A DNA stretch of 64,000 nucleotides, from assembly GCA_030141605.1 (NCBI GenBank), contig JAQGDQ010000168.1, positions 186,001-250,000 of the forward strand. The letters are read 5' to 3'. Position 1 is the first letter of the stretch; each line of letters opens with the position of its first letter. Positions 63,874 to 64,000 of this stretch are shown here, one piece after another. Below the pieces are notes generated by a model, which did no database searches, was not told the DNA's origin, and saw nothing but the letters and a program-made list of their open reading frames with translations. A program made the translations under genes and the position numbers. This stretch comes from Tubiluchus corallicola. Lineage: Eukaryota; Animalia; Priapulida.

Positions 63874-64000
63874 GGCTGGCAGATCACTAGGACATAAAAG
63901 CTACTATAGCCGATTTTTCGTTTTACTTGTTATCTCCTTTCGTTGAAATTCTCTCTCTCACTCTTCGTCTCTCTCTCATCCTCTATTTTCTTCTTCCTTT

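Overview
AT-rich, intron-containing, microsatellite-rich DNA from an invertebrate animal; this is not a prokaryotic window, and most ORF-track entries are spurious. Splicing exons by hand (GT-AG, phase-matched) gives six genes. (1) The 3' part of a BTB/POZ-domain gene with a very long acidic tail (+, 4289-7146). (2) An intronless four-transmembrane MS4A/CD20-like ORF (+, 9698-10405). (3) A complete 8-exon synaptotagmin (-, 13696-23223, 418 aa) with degenerate Ca2+ ligands. (4) A 4-exon secreted orphan protein with an Arg/His tail (-, 32365-34223, 154 aa). (5) A partly resolved multi-exon Tyr/Pro-rich orphan gene (-, from 37071 up to about 52 kb). (6) A secreted Gly/Tyr/His-rich structural protein (+, 61762-63432, 286 aa). 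Genes 4 and 6 share a similar signal peptide split by a phase-0 intron at the same point, and both end in basic tails. This suggests a local cluster of secreted matrix, adhesive or cuticle-type proteins, which is the most interesting signal here. The rest is decayed LINEs, a tRNA-derived SINE, a hAT deletion derivative, a 1.2-kb foldback element, Helentron-like repeats and microsatellites. No database searches were run; family calls rest on motif recognition.
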